Assembly: GCA_035554015.1 (NCBI GenBank)
Contig: DATMJH010000009.1
Location: 1 to 33,015, forward strand
Length of the DNA stretch: 33,015 bases
Source: Mycobacteriales bacterium
GTDB taxonomy: Bacteria; Actinomycetota; Actinomycetes; Mycobacteriales; SCTD01
Reading direction: 5' to 3'
The stretch's first letter is position 1. Each line of letters begins with the position of its first letter. Below are positions 17,610 through 26,515 of this stretch, in pieces. The position numbers and the translations under genes were made by a program. The notes beneath the pieces were generated by a model. It saw only the letters and a program-made list of their open reading frames with translations, ran no database searches and was not told the origin of the DNA.

Positions 17610-18250
17610 CCGTCCGCGTCGTCGTCGCGGAGGACCAGGCGCTCGTGCGGGCCGGGCTGGTGACGATCCTGGCGACCGACGCCGACATCGACGTGGTCGG
17701 CCAGGCCGCCGACGGCGAGCACGCCGTCGCGCTGGTGCGCACCACGCGGCCGGACGTGGCGCTGGTCGACGTCCGCATGCCGGTGCTCGACGGCATCGCC
17801 GCGACCCGGCGGATCGTCGAGGAGCTGCCGGGCACGCGGGTGCTCGTCCTGACGACGTTCGGCGACGACGAGGTCGTGCTGGAGGCGTTGCGGGCCGGGG
17901 CGGCCGGCTTCCTGCTCAAGGACACCCGGCCGGAGGACCTGCTGGCGGCGGTGCGGGCCGTGGCCGCCGGCGAGTCCCGGCTCGACCCGGCCGTCACGGC
18001 CGCGGTCGTGGCGACGGTCCGCTCGGCACCGACCCCGCCCGACGGCGCCCGGCTGGCCGCGCTGACCGACCGGGAGCGCGAGGTGCTCGCCCTGCTGGCC
18101 CGCGGGCTCTCCAACGCCGAGATCGCCGCCGAGCTGTTCGTCGCACCGGGCACGGTGAAGACCCACGTCGCCGGCGTGCTGGCCAAGCTCGGCGTCCGGG
18201 ACCGCGTGCAGGCGGTCGTGGCCGCCTACGAGAGCGGGCTCGTGCGCTGA
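17606..18250 (+). CDS. NarL/LuxR family response regulator
   Basis: Receiver domain (VVVAEDQALVRAGL, VALVDVRMPVLDG, LLKD) and LuxR HTH REREVLALLARGLSNAEIAAELFVAPGTVKTHV. Confidence 0.95.
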   Translation: MTVRVVVAEDQALVRAGLVTILATDADIDVVGQAADGEHAVALVRTTRPDVALVDVRMPVLDGIAATRRIVEELPGTRVLVLTTFGDDEVVLEALRAGAAGFLLKDTRPEDLLAAVRAVAAGESRLDPAVTAAVVATVRSAPTPPDGARLAALTDREREVLALLARGLSNAEIAAELFVAPGTVKTHVAGVLAKLGVRDRVQAVVAAYESGLVR

Positions 18251-18256
18251 CGCGGC

Positions 18257-18901
18257 TCAGCCGACCGGCACCGGCTCCGTCGCGGGCTGCAGCGGCAGCC
18301 GGAGGGCCGCGATGACGATCTCGGCCTCCACGACGTCGGTGACGGCGGCCTGCGCGCGCTCGGTCGCCTCCGCACGGACCGCCGCCGCGCTCTCCCGCGA
18401 GGCGTCGAGGGCTGCGCGGTCGTCGAACACCACCGACACCACACCCCCTCCGGTCCGCCGGTCGACGAGCAGCAGGGCGCTGCGGAAGCCGGGCAGGCCG
18501 CGGATCGCCGGCACGCTGTGGTCGCGGAAGGTGCGCACACCGCGCTCGACCTGCGCCGGGTCGAGCCGCACCCGCGTGCTGCGCACCCAGCACCCGGGCT
18601 CGGCCTGACGCTCGCGGTGCAGCACGGCCAGCTCGTACTCCTCGGTGACCGGCTGCCCGCCCACGACGCGGCCGCCGGCGTCGCGCAACGGTGAGAGCGC
18701 GCGCTCCGAGGCGTGCATGGAGGCGCGGTCGGTCCACAGCGACGTGACCGTGCACCTGCCCGACGCGCGGTCGACGTTCATCGACAGGCCGAGGCTGCCG
18801 GCCTGCGCGTCGACCCTCGGCAGCACCTGTTCCCGGACGAACGCGACGAGGTCGTCGACCTTCGCCGGGTCGCCGAGGACCACCGTCGCGCGTGCGTGCA
18901 C
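18257..18901 (-). CDS. hypothetical protein with two tandem ferredoxin-like (ABM-type) halves
   Basis: 214 aa from GTG 18901 with GGGAGG 7 nt upstream. The two ~100-aa halves have similar patterns (ATVVLGDPAKVDDLVAFVRE... and TRVRLDPAQVERGVRTFRD...). The function call is tentative. Confidence 0.65.
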   Translation of the reverse strand: MHARATVVLGDPAKVDDLVAFVREQVLPRVDAQAGSLGLSMNVDRASGRCTVTSLWTDRASMHASERALSPLRDAGGRVVGGQPVTEEYELAVLHRERQAEPGCWVRSTRVRLDPAQVERGVRTFRDHSVPAIRGLPGFRSALLLVDRRTGGGVVSVVFDDRAALDASRESAAAVRAEATERAQAAVTDVVEAEIVIAALRLPLQPATEPVPVG

Positions 18902-18963
18902 TGTGCTGCCTCCCTGGCCGTGCGGAGGGGCAGCGTCCCGCCGCGCGTCGCGTGTGGCAAGCG

Positions 18964-19611
18964 TCAGCGGCGCAGCCGCCAGGCGTACAGCGCGGCGGCG
19001 GCTGCGGTGGCGAGGTTGAGGCTGCTGACCCCCGCGCGCATCGGCAGCGCGACGACGGCGTCGGCCCGGCGCCGCAGGCTCTCTCCGACGCCGGCGCGCT
19101 CGCTGCCGACGACGAGCACGGCGTCGTCGGGCAGGTCGGCCAGCGGGGCGCCGGCGGCGTCGAGTACGACCACCGGGCCGACGACGTCGGCCGGCTCGGC
19201 GCGCAGCACCGGCAGCGCGTAGTGCAGCCCGGCGCTGCCACGCAGCACCGCGGCGTGCCACGGGTCCAGATCGCCCGTCACCGCCACCCCGGACGCGCCG
19301 GCGGCCGCAGCGACGCGCACGGCGGCGCCGGCGTTGCCCGGATGGCGCGGCCGGTCCAGGAGCAGCAGCGGAGCGCCCCTCCGCTGCAGCACCGAGCGGT
19401 CCTCGACCGGCCGCCGAGCGTGCGCCCGCACGCCGGTCGGGTGGTCGACGACGGCCGCGACGGCCCGGCGGCGCAGCGGCTCGGCCACGTCCGCCGCCAG
19501 CCGCTCGGCCAGTGCGACGGCGGCGTCGACGTCGGTCACCTCGACGTCGTCGACGAGCTCGGGGGCGAAGCGCAGCGCGTGCTTGACGGCGTGGAAGCCC
19601 TCGAGCCGCAC
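18964..19611 (-). CDS. TrmH/SpoU family RNA 2'-O-methyltransferase
   Basis: Motifs HPGNAGAAVRVAAAAG, VVGSERAGV and LNLATAAAAALY. GTG start lies 2 nt after the PAC2 stop, so they form an operon. Confidence 0.85.
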   Translation of the reverse strand: MRLEGFHAVKHALRFAPELVDDVEVTDVDAAVALAERLAADVAEPLRRRAVAAVVDHPTGVRAHARRPVEDRSVLQRRGAPLLLLDRPRHPGNAGAAVRVAAAAGASGVAVTGDLDPWHAAVLRGSAGLHYALPVLRAEPADVVGPVVVLDAAGAPLADLPDDAVLVVGSERAGVGESLRRRADAVVALPMRAGVSSLNLATAAAAALYAWRLRR

Positions 19612-19613
19612 GG

Positions 19614-20522
19614 TCAGGCCGACGGGTCGTCCCGGCTCTGCTCGGCGAGGAAGCGCTCCAGCTCGGCCCCGAGCTCGTCCGCGGTCGGCAGGTTGTCGCC
19701 GTCACCGCCGAGCAGGCTGCGCTCGCGGCCGGCCTGGAAGGCGTCGTACTGCTGCTCCAGCGCGGTCACCACAGCGGCGACCTCCGGCGAGCCGGCGATC
19801 TGCTCGTCCAGCGCCGTCCGCGCGGTGAGCGCGGCGCTGACGAGGTCGTCGGTCGACAGCGACAGACCGGCCAGCCGGGACAGGCTCTCGAGCAGCACCA
19901 CGGCGGCCGCCGGGTACTCGGTGTCGGACAGGTAGTGCGGCACCGCGACGGCGAACCCCGCGGCCTCGCGGCCGGCCTTGCCCATGCGGTACTCGAGCAG
20001 GTGCCCCGCCGTGCTCGGCACGTGCACCGTGCCGACCCACCGCTCGAGGTCGGCGGAGTGCTCGGGCTTCGTGCCGTGCGCGATGACGCCGACCGGCCGG
20101 GTGTGCGGCACCGCCATCGGGATGGCGTTGAGGCCGACGGACATCCGCACGCCGAGCTGCTCGACGAGCATGAGCAGCGCGGCGACGAACCGCTCCCACT
20201 GCACGTCCGGCTCCGGACCGGCGAGCACGAGGAACGGCGTGCCGGCGTCGTCCTCGACGAGGTGGACGGCGAGCTCGGGCTCGTCGTAGCTCTCCCAGTG
20301 GTCCTCGGCGAAGACCATGAGCGGCCGCCGCGCGCGGTAGTCGTGCAGCTGGTCGGCGTCGAACCGCGCGACGACCTGCGACCCGCGGCGCAGCAGGTGC
20401 TGGCGGGCGAGCCGCTTGGCCGCTCCGGCGTCGACGAACCCGTCGAGAGCCTGCACGAGCACGACGCCCTCCAGCGACGGGCGATGAGGCTCGAGCGAGT
20501 ACAGCTCGCGCGGGTCGAGCAC
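19614..20522 (-). CDS. PAC2 (proteasome assembly chaperone 2-like) family protein
   Basis: 302 aa from GTG 20522 with AGGAGGG upstream. The overall pattern (VLVQALDGFVDAG, PFLVLAGPEPDVQWERF, AVAVPHYL) matches actinobacterial PAC2 proteins as I recall them. Confidence 0.85.
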   Translation of the reverse strand: MLDPRELYSLEPHRPSLEGVVLVQALDGFVDAGAAKRLARQHLLRRGSQVVARFDADQLHDYRARRPLMVFAEDHWESYDEPELAVHLVEDDAGTPFLVLAGPEPDVQWERFVAALLMLVEQLGVRMSVGLNAIPMAVPHTRPVGVIAHGTKPEHSADLERWVGTVHVPSTAGHLLEYRMGKAGREAAGFAVAVPHYLSDTEYPAAAVVLLESLSRLAGLSLSTDDLVSAALTARTALDEQIAGSPEVAAVVTALEQQYDAFQAGRERSLLGGDGDNLPTADELGAELERFLAEQSRDDPSA

Positions 20523-20584
20523 CGGAGCTCCCTCCTGGTCGGCGGCCTGGTCCGCTCTGCACGGACGCCTCGGTCAACGCCCCG

Positions 20585-20590
20585 TACCGT
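20585..20590 (+). promoter_or_regulatory. -10-like hexamer TACCGT, 6 nt before ATG 20597 (leaderless candidate)
   Basis: TACCGT-CGAAGC-ATG read directly. No SD is present. Confidence 0.45.
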
Positions 20591-20596
20591 CGAAGC

Positions 20597-21334
20597 ATGC
20601 CGTCTCCGCCACTGGACGCGCGCGTGGCGGAGATCCGCAGCCAACCAGGACGCACCTGGGGGGTCGCCGACGCGCTGCTCGCGATGGCCGCGGTGCCGGT
20701 GGTCGCGGTGCTGTTCTCGGCCGGGGTGCAGGCGGGCCTGCGGCTGCCGGACGCCGCCACGCTGGCGGTGGCGTCGGCGGCGCTGTGCGCGCTGGCGGCG
20801 CTCGCCGGGCGGCGGGCGGCCCGCCAGTCCGGAGGCTGGTCCGCGGCGCTGGGCGTGGAGCTGCCGGAGTGGCGCGACGTCGGCCGGGTGGTGGGGTGGA
20901 CCGTCCTGCTGCTCGTGACGCAGGCGGTCGTCGTCACGTTGCTGGCGCTCGTGCCGGCCCTGCGCGGCGTCGAGCCCGACAGCAACGTCGGCTTCCTCGA
21001 GGACCAGCCGCTCGGCGTCCTGCTGCTGTTCGCCGTGCTCAGCGTGACCGTCGCGCCGGTCGTCGAGGAGGTGCTGTTCCGCGGGGTGGCGCTGCGCGGG
21101 CTCATGACGCGGATGCCGTTCTGGCCGGCCGCGCTGGTGTCGACGGCGTTCTTCGCGCTGCTGCACGTGCAGCGGGCCTCCGCGGGCGCGGTCTACCTCG
21201 TCGTCGTCATCAGCACACTGGGCCTCGGGCTGTGCCTGCTGACCAGGCGCGCGGGACGGCTCGGGCCGGCCATCGGGGTGCACGCGCTCTACAACGCCAC
21301 GGTGTTCGCGTTCACCGTCGTGACGAGCGGATGA
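20597..21334 (+). CDS. CPBP family intramembrane glutamic endopeptidase (CAAX protease-like)
   Basis: Motifs EEVLFRG, FALLH and HALYN set in hydrophobic segments. Confidence 0.85.
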   Translation: MPSPPLDARVAEIRSQPGRTWGVADALLAMAAVPVVAVLFSAGVQAGLRLPDAATLAVASAALCALAALAGRRAARQSGGWSAALGVELPEWRDVGRVVGWTVLLLVTQAVVVTLLALVPALRGVEPDSNVGFLEDQPLGVLLLFAVLSVTVAPVVEEVLFRGVALRGLMTRMPFWPAALVSTAFFALLHVQRASAGAVYLVVVISTLGLGLCLLTRRAGRLGPAIGVHALYNATVFAFTVVTSG

Positions 21335-21351
21335 CTCTGGCCGTCATCCGC
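21327..21351. terminator. 9-bp-stem hairpin containing both convergent stop codons
   Basis: GCGGATGAC (21327-21335) pairs with GTCATCCGC (21343-21351), with a 7-nt loop. TGA 21332-21334 (+) and TCA 21344-21346 (the minus-strand stop) sit in the two arms. Confidence 0.4.
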
Positions 21352-21832
21352 ATCCCGGCTCACCGGCCGCTGCTCGCTCGAGCGCCGCGATGTCGAGCTT
21401 GGTCATGCCGAGCATGGCCGTCATCGCCCGCTGCGCCCGGGCCGGGTCGTCCTCGCCGAACAGCCGGTCCATGCCCGCCGGCACCACCTGCCAGGACACG
21501 CCGTAGCGGTCCTTGAGCCAGCCGCACTGCACCGGCTGGCCGCCGTCGGTGAGCCTGTCCCAGTAGTGGTCGACCTCGGCCTGGTCGGCGCAGTCGATCT
21601 GCAGCGAGATGGCCTCGGTGAAGGGGAACTGCGGGCCGCCGTTGATGCCGACCAGGCGCTGACCGTCGAGCTCGAACTCGACGGTCATGACCGTGCCGGC
21701 CGGGCCCGGGCCGTCCGCGGGGTACCGCGCGATCGCGACGATGCGGGAGTTCGGGAAGACCGAGCAGTAGAACCGCGCCGCCTCCTCCGCCTCGGTGTCG
21801 AACCACAGGTTCGGGACGATGCGCTGGGCCAT
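21344..21832 (-). CDS. VOC family protein (PhnB / 3-demethylubiquinone-9 3-methyltransferase-domain type)
   Basis: IVPNLWFDTEAEEAARFYCSVFPNS and QCGWLKDRYGVSWQVVP are characteristic of this family. SD GGAGGAG lies upstream of ATG 21832. Confidence 0.9.
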   Translation of the reverse strand: MAQRIVPNLWFDTEAEEAARFYCSVFPNSRIVAIARYPADGPGPAGTVMTVEFELDGQRLVGINGGPQFPFTEAISLQIDCADQAEVDHYWDRLTDGGQPVQCGWLKDRYGVSWQVVPAGMDRLFGEDDPARAQRAMTAMLGMTKLDIAALERAAAGEPGCG

Positions 21833-21907
21833 GTCGTGCTCCTCCGGTCGGCTGCATTCGCGACGGCAGACGCCGAGACGACGGGCGACTCATCGGTCCC
21901 GGATCCC

Positions 21908-21913
21908 TATCGT
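21908..21913 (+). promoter_or_regulatory. -10-like hexamer TATCGT, 7 nt before GTG 21921 (leaderless candidate)
   Basis: TATCGT-CGTGCGC-GTG read directly. Confidence 0.35.
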
Positions 21914-21920
21914 CGTGCGC

Positions 21921-22400
21921 GTGCGCGTGCCGCGGTTCGACGACTGGTTCCGGCCAGTGCGTCGCGGTGGGGCGCCGGCGCTCGTCCGCCACCCGTCACC
22001 TCGTGACCGGGTGCACGCTGCCGTCGCGGTGGGTCTGTGCGCTGCCTGGGCGGTGGCCGTCGTCCTCGTCGGGCAGCGACCCGGCGAGCACTTGTTCCTG
22101 TGGGGCTTCCCGGCCGCCTGGGCGCTCCTGCACCTGCCGTTCCTCGTCCGCACGCGGAGTCTCGGGTGGCGTGGTCGCGAACCGCACGAGCTGCCACCGC
22201 TCGGCTGGCGGGGGCGGCTCGCCTGGGCAGCGGTCGTCCTCGCCGTGGTGGCCGGCTACGTCGTTGCCGGCACGACCCCTCGCACCGCGTCGGACGACGA
22301 CTGCCGGTTCTGGGCTGCGCTGAGCGAGGACTTCTCGCGCCCGCAGGTCGAGCGGGACGCTGCCCGCGCCGCGGTCGAGGATCTCGGCTGCGACGGGTGA
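21921..22400 (+). CDS. hypothetical membrane protein
   Basis: 159 aa (VRVPRFDDWFRPV...) with two hydrophobic segments, many Trp residues and mostly G/C third positions. No recognisable family. Start chosen from the -10 spacing; GTG 21915 and 21927 are alternatives. Confidence 0.45.
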   Translation: MRVPRFDDWFRPVRRGGAPALVRHPSPRDRVHAAVAVGLCAAWAVAVVLVGQRPGEHLFLWGFPAAWALLHLPFLVRTRSLGWRGREPHELPPLGWRGRLAWAAVVLAVVAGYVVAGTTPRTASDDDCRFWAALSEDFSRPQVERDAARAAVEDLGCDG

Positions 22401-22415
22401 GGGTGCGTGTCGGCG

Positions 22416-22868
22416 TCACATGACCAGGTGCGCCGCGACCGTCCCGCCGAGCTCCTCGCACGCCTCGATCGCCGCCCGGTCGACCTGACCGGTGATCTCG
22501 ACCGGTGCGGCGACCTGCTGCCACCTCAGCCCGGTGACCACCTTCTCCACACCCTTGACGGCGCCGGTCGTGTCGTTCCCGCCGTGCACGTAGAGCCCGT
22601 ACGGCAGGCCGACCTTGGCCTCGAGCGTCGGGTAGTAGACGGTGTCGAGGAAGTGCTTGAGCGCCCCGCTCATGTAGCCGATGTTCGCGGGCGTCCCGAG
22701 CACGACGCCGTCCGCCGCGAGCAGGTCCGACGCCGTCGCGGACAGCGCCGGCCGCACGACGACGTCGACCGCCGCGAGCTCCTCGTGCGACGTGCCGGCG
22801 CGCACCGCCTCGAGCAGCTCCTGCATCGCCGGCGAGGGCGTGTGGTGGACGACGAGGAGCACGGGCAC
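22416..22868 (-). CDS. flavodoxin-like / NAD(P)H-dependent FMN reductase family protein
   Basis: 150 aa from GTG 22868 (VPVLLVVHHTPSPAMQELLEAV...). ADGVVLGTPANIGYMSGALKHFLD resembles the flavodoxin-fold FMN-binding loop. The remainder of listed ORF 22416..23597 is shadow. Confidence 0.7.
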   Translation of the reverse strand: MPVLLVVHHTPSPAMQELLEAVRAGTSHEELAAVDVVVRPALSATASDLLAADGVVLGTPANIGYMSGALKHFLDTVYYPTLEAKVGLPYGLYVHGGNDTTGAVKGVEKVVTGLRWQQVAAPVEITGQVDRAAIEACEELGGTVAAHLVM

Positions 22869-22949
22869 GACGGCATCCTCGCGCAGCCTGCTTCGATACC
22901 GCGCGTGGACGCACGCCTGCAGGAGGCCCTCGGCGACGCCGCCGGCTCG

Positions 22950-23735
22950 ATGACCGTCTCGCTCGACGCCGGCATCGCGACGGTGGCGCTGACCCGGCCC
23001 GACAAGCACAACGCCGTCACCTTCGCCATGTGGCACGCCCTCGGGCGGCTTCTGCCGGTGCTCGCCGAGGACGACGCCGTCGACGTCGTCGTGCTGCGCG
23101 GCTCGCCCGGTGGCCCGTTCAGCGCCGGCGCCGACATCGCCGAGTTCACGACGCTGCGCGCCGACCCCGACGGCGCGCGCCGGTACGGGGAAGCGGTCGC
23201 CACGGGCGAGCAGGCGCTGATCACGTTCCCCAAGCCGACGATCGCGCTCGTCGAGGGCTTCGCGATCGGCGGTGGCACGCAGCTGGCGGTCGCGTGCGAC
23301 CTGCGCGTGTGCGAGACCGGTTCGCGGTTCGGCGTGACGCCCGCGAAGCTCGGCATCGTCTACGCGCTCGGATCGACCGCCCGGCTGGCCGAGGTCGTCG
23401 GTCCGGCGTGGGCACGCTGGATCCTGCTGACCGGTGAGCTGCTCGACGCCGGCACCGCGCTGCGGATCGGGCTGGTGCACGAGCTGCACGCGCAGGGCGA
23501 CGTCGAGCGCCGGGCGTACGAGCTGGCCCGGACGATGGCGTCGCGCGCGCGGGTGTCGCTGCTGGGGGGCAAGGCGATGGTCGAGCGCGCGGTGCACGGC
23601 CGGCTCGACGAGGACGACGAGGTGCTGCGCGTGTACGAGCGGTCGTGGACCAGCCCCGAGTACGCCGAGGGGGTGGCGGCGTTCCTCGGCAAGCGGGCAC
23701 CGGACTTCCGTGCGGCGCGGGAGGGCGGCGCGTGA
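22950..23735 (+). CDS. enoyl-CoA hydratase/isomerase (crotonase) family protein
   Basis: IATVALTRPDKHNA, GGPFSAGADIAEF and GFAIGGGTQLAVACDLRV. ATG 22950; GTG 22905 is an alternative. The stop overlaps the next start (GTGA). Confidence 0.9.
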   Translation: MTVSLDAGIATVALTRPDKHNAVTFAMWHALGRLLPVLAEDDAVDVVVLRGSPGGPFSAGADIAEFTTLRADPDGARRYGEAVATGEQALITFPKPTIALVEGFAIGGGTQLAVACDLRVCETGSRFGVTPAKLGIVYALGSTARLAEVVGPAWARWILLTGELLDAGTALRIGLVHELHAQGDVERRAYELARTMASRARVSLLGGKAMVERAVHGRLDEDDEVLRVYERSWTSPEYAEGVAAFLGKRAPDFRAAREGGA

Positions 23736-24832
23736 CCGCTGTCGGCGCCACCATCGGGGTCGAGGAGGAGTACCACCTCGTCGACGCGACGACCGGGGGC
23801 CTGGCCGACGCGCCGGCCGTCGTCGCGACCGCCAAGGGGCTGCTCGGTGACGACGCGCAGTCGGAGATCAGCACCAGCCAGCTCGAGGTCGCGACGCCGG
23901 TGTGCACCTCGCTGGCCGACGTGCGCCGTCAGCTCGAGCGGCTGCGGCGCGGGGCCGGGCAGGCCGCGGAGGCGCACGGCTGCCGCGTGCTGGCCTGCGG
24001 GACGCATCCCTCCGGCAGCTGGCTCGAGCAGCGGCTGACGGAGGGCGAGCGCTACCTCGAGGTGTACGAGCGGCTCGGGCTGCTGGCGCTGCAGCAGCTC
24101 ATCGCCGGCTGCCACGTGCACGTCGGGATCCCGCAGGACCCGGAGCTCGGCGTGCGGGTGCTCGACCGGCTCCGGCCGGACCTGCACCTGCTGCTCGCGC
24201 TGTCGGGCAGCTCGCCGTTCTGGGAGGGCGTCGACACCGGCTACGCCAGCTACCGGACGCAGTGGTTCAACCGGTTCCCCGTCACCGGCACCGCACAGCT
24301 CGTCGGGGACCGCGCGACCTACGACCGACTCGTCGCCGACCTCGTCGCGACCGGCATGGTGCGCGACGCGAGCCACCTCTACTGGGACGCCCGGCTGTCC
24401 ACACGCTTCCCGACCGTCGAGGTGCGTATCGCCGACACGTGCCCGCTCGTCGACGACGTCGTCCTGCAGGCGGCGCTCGTGCGGTCGCTGGTGCGCGTCG
24501 CCGCCGACGAGGCGGTGCGCGATGCGCCGTTCCCGCGGCCGCGCTCGGAGCTGGTGCGCGCGGCGCGGTGGCGGGCGGCGCGGTTCGGCGTCGACGGCCA
24601 GCTCGTCGACCTGCGGGCCGGCGGCCTGGCCGACGGCTCGGCCGTGCTCGAGGCCGCGCTCGCGCGGCTGCGGCCCGACCTCGAGGAGCTGGGCGACTGG
24701 CACGAGGTGCGCGAGCTGGCCGACGCGCTGATCGCCCGCGGCACGTCGGCACAGCGCCAGCGCCAGGTCTTCGTGCGCTCCGGCGAGCTCAGCGACGTCG
24801 TGCAGGCGCTCGTCCTCGAGAGCGCCGTCTGA
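23732..24832 (+). CDS. carboxylate-amine ligase, glutamate-cysteine ligase family 2 (YbdK-type)
   Basis: 366 aa from GTG 23732. The N-terminal IGVEEEYHLVD, GCHVHVGI and YWDARLS..FPTVEVRIAD are typical of GCS2. Confidence 0.9.
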   Translation: MTAVGATIGVEEEYHLVDATTGGLADAPAVVATAKGLLGDDAQSEISTSQLEVATPVCTSLADVRRQLERLRRGAGQAAEAHGCRVLACGTHPSGSWLEQRLTEGERYLEVYERLGLLALQQLIAGCHVHVGIPQDPELGVRVLDRLRPDLHLLLALSGSSPFWEGVDTGYASYRTQWFNRFPVTGTAQLVGDRATYDRLVADLVATGMVRDASHLYWDARLSTRFPTVEVRIADTCPLVDDVVLQAALVRSLVRVAADEAVRDAPFPRPRSELVRAARWRAARFGVDGQLVDLRAGGLADGSAVLEAALARLRPDLEELGDWHEVRELADALIARGTSAQRQRQVFVRSGELSDVVQALVLESAV

Positions 24833-24842
24833 CCCCCGCCGC

Positions 24843-25631
24843 TCAGCGGCGGAACAGGTCCGGCGGCGCGGCGCCGGTGAAGCGCACGAGGTCGTCGCCG
24901 GAGACGATGCGGGCCCGGGCTGCGGCACGCGCCGCCCGGCGGGTCAGCGCCTCCAGCGGGAGCGGGGCGTCCGACCCGACGAGCACGAGGTTGGCGAACC
25001 GGCGTCCGCGCAGCACGCTCGGGTCGGCGAGCAGCGCGACGTGGGAGAAGGCCGAGCACAGCGTGGCGACCTGCGCGCGGGCGAACGGCAGCGGCGGCCC
25101 GTCGGCGACGTTGACCGCGTATACGCCGCCGGGTCGCAGCAGCCGCCGAATCTCCTGCAGCCACTCGAGGGTGGTGGTGTGCACCGGCTGGCGAGAGCTC
25201 TCGAACACGTCGGCGACGACGAGGTCGCCGACACCGGCGGACAGCCGCGCGCACTCCTGCCGCGCGTCGCCGACCCGCAGCCGGAAGCCGCGGGTCCCGA
25301 GCTGCTCGCGCACCAGCGCTGCGAGCGCCGGATCCGCCTCGACGACGACCTGCCTCGAGCCGGGGCGCGTGGCGGCGACGTACCGGGCCAGCGTGCACGC
25401 GCCGCCGCCGAGGTGCACCACGGCAAGGGACGCCGCGGCGGGCGCCACGCAGTCGACGACGTCGCCCAGCAGGCGGACGTAGTCGAACTCGAGGTGCGTG
25501 GGGTCCGCCAGGTCGACGTAGCTCTGCGGCACGCCGTCAACGGTCAGCAGCCAGCCGTCCGTGGCGTCGGCGTCGCGCAGCAGCTCCGCGGTGCCGGTCT
25601 CGACAGGCCAGCGCCCCGGCGCCGGCCTCAC
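24843..25631 (-). CDS. spermidine synthase-like class I SAM-dependent methyltransferase-fold protein
   Basis: VVHLGGGACTLARY (GxGxG), VVEADPAL and DLVVADVF. The GTG start overlaps the NUDIX stop (GTGA). Confidence 0.8.
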   Translation of the reverse strand: MRPAPGRWPVETGTAELLRDADATDGWLLTVDGVPQSYVDLADPTHLEFDYVRLLGDVVDCVAPAAASLAVVHLGGGACTLARYVAATRPGSRQVVVEADPALAALVREQLGTRGFRLRVGDARQECARLSAGVGDLVVADVFESSRQPVHTTTLEWLQEIRRLLRPGGVYAVNVADGPPLPFARAQVATLCSAFSHVALLADPSVLRGRRFANLVLVGSDAPLPLEALTRRAARAAARARIVSGDDLVRFTGAAPPDLFRR

Positions 25632-26071
25632 GGGACCAGCGCCGACAGCCGCGGCCAGGCCGCCCGGAACGCCGCGTGCAGCGGCAGCTCCTCGACGGCG
25701 TCCAGCGGCACCCAGCGCAGCTCGACGCTCTCGCGCTCCGGCGTCACGGGCAGCGCCGCAGGCGCCGACGCCACCAGCGTCGTGTACCGCCAGGTGACGT
25801 GGTCGTCGACGTGGTCGGCGTGCAGCACCAGGCGGTCGACGTCGAGCCCGGTCTCCTCGGCGGTCTCACGGCGGGCGGCCTGCTCGGGTGTCTCGTCGCT
25901 GTGCATCGCCCCGCCGGGTACCCCCCAGCTGTCGCCGCCGTGGCTCCACGGCGCCCGGTGCTGCAGCAGCACCGTACGGGCAGGGGTGACGACCAACAGC
26001 CCCGCGGCGCCGAACAGCCCCCAGTGGCGGTGGCCGAGCGCGCAGTGCAGCCAGCCGTCGCCGTCGCCCAC
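25628..26071 (-). CDS. NUDIX hydrolase
   Basis: Nudix box GGAMHSDETPEQAARRETAEETGL. GTG 26071 with GGGAGGG upstream. Confidence 0.9.
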   Translation of the reverse strand: MGDGDGWLHCALGHRHWGLFGAAGLLVVTPARTVLLQHRAPWSHGGDSWGVPGGAMHSDETPEQAARRETAEETGLDVDRLVLHADHVDDHVTWRYTTLVASAPAALPVTPERESVELRWVPLDAVEELPLHAAFRAAWPRLSALVP

Positions 26072-26158
26072 GCCCCGCCCTCCCGCTGTGTCTGCGTCGC
26101 GACCCAGTCTCGGTCACGGCCGTTGCCAACCCCCATGGCGGGCGGCTCGTGCGGGATC

Positions 26159-26164
26159 TACGGT
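26159..26164 (+). promoter_or_regulatory. -10-like hexamer TACGGT, 6 nt before GTG 26171 (leaderless candidate)
   Basis: TACGGT-CCTGAC-GTG read directly. Confidence 0.4.
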
Positions 26165-26170
26165 CCTGAC

Positions 26171-26515
26171 GTGTCCGACGACGTGCTCGACGCCCTCGAC
26201 CGCCTCTGCGGGGCGATGGACGAGGCGCGCAAGACGCTCGACGCCATGTCCGCCCGCGCCTCGGTGCTGCGCGACGCCCGCGAAGCGGGCCGCTCGTACA
26301 CCGACATCGTCACCAGCGGCGGCCACCCGCTCATGGTCGAGCTGCTGACCGAGCTGCTCGACACCCTGTCCGCAGCCGGGTCCGGCTTCCGCCGCGCGGA
26401 GGCGCGGGCGCTGCACGACGAGGGACTCAGCCAGGAGACGATCGCCACCCACTTCGGTGTGACGCGGCAGCGCGTGGCGGCGCTGCTCACGGAGCGGCGC
26501 GCCACCCCGCGCTAG
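26171..26515 (+). CDS. small helical protein with C-terminal sigma-70 region 4-like HTH
   Basis: 114 aa (VSDDVLDALDRLCGAMDEARKTLD...). HTH LSQETIATHFGVTRQRVAALL. ATG 26135 is an alternative start. The N-terminal part of listed ORF 25676..26515 is the NUDIX shadow. Confidence 0.6.
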   Translation: MSDDVLDALDRLCGAMDEARKTLDAMSARASVLRDAREAGRSYTDIVTSGGHPLMVELLTELLDTLSAAGSGFRRAEARALHDEGLSQETIATHFGVTRQRVAALLTERRATPR

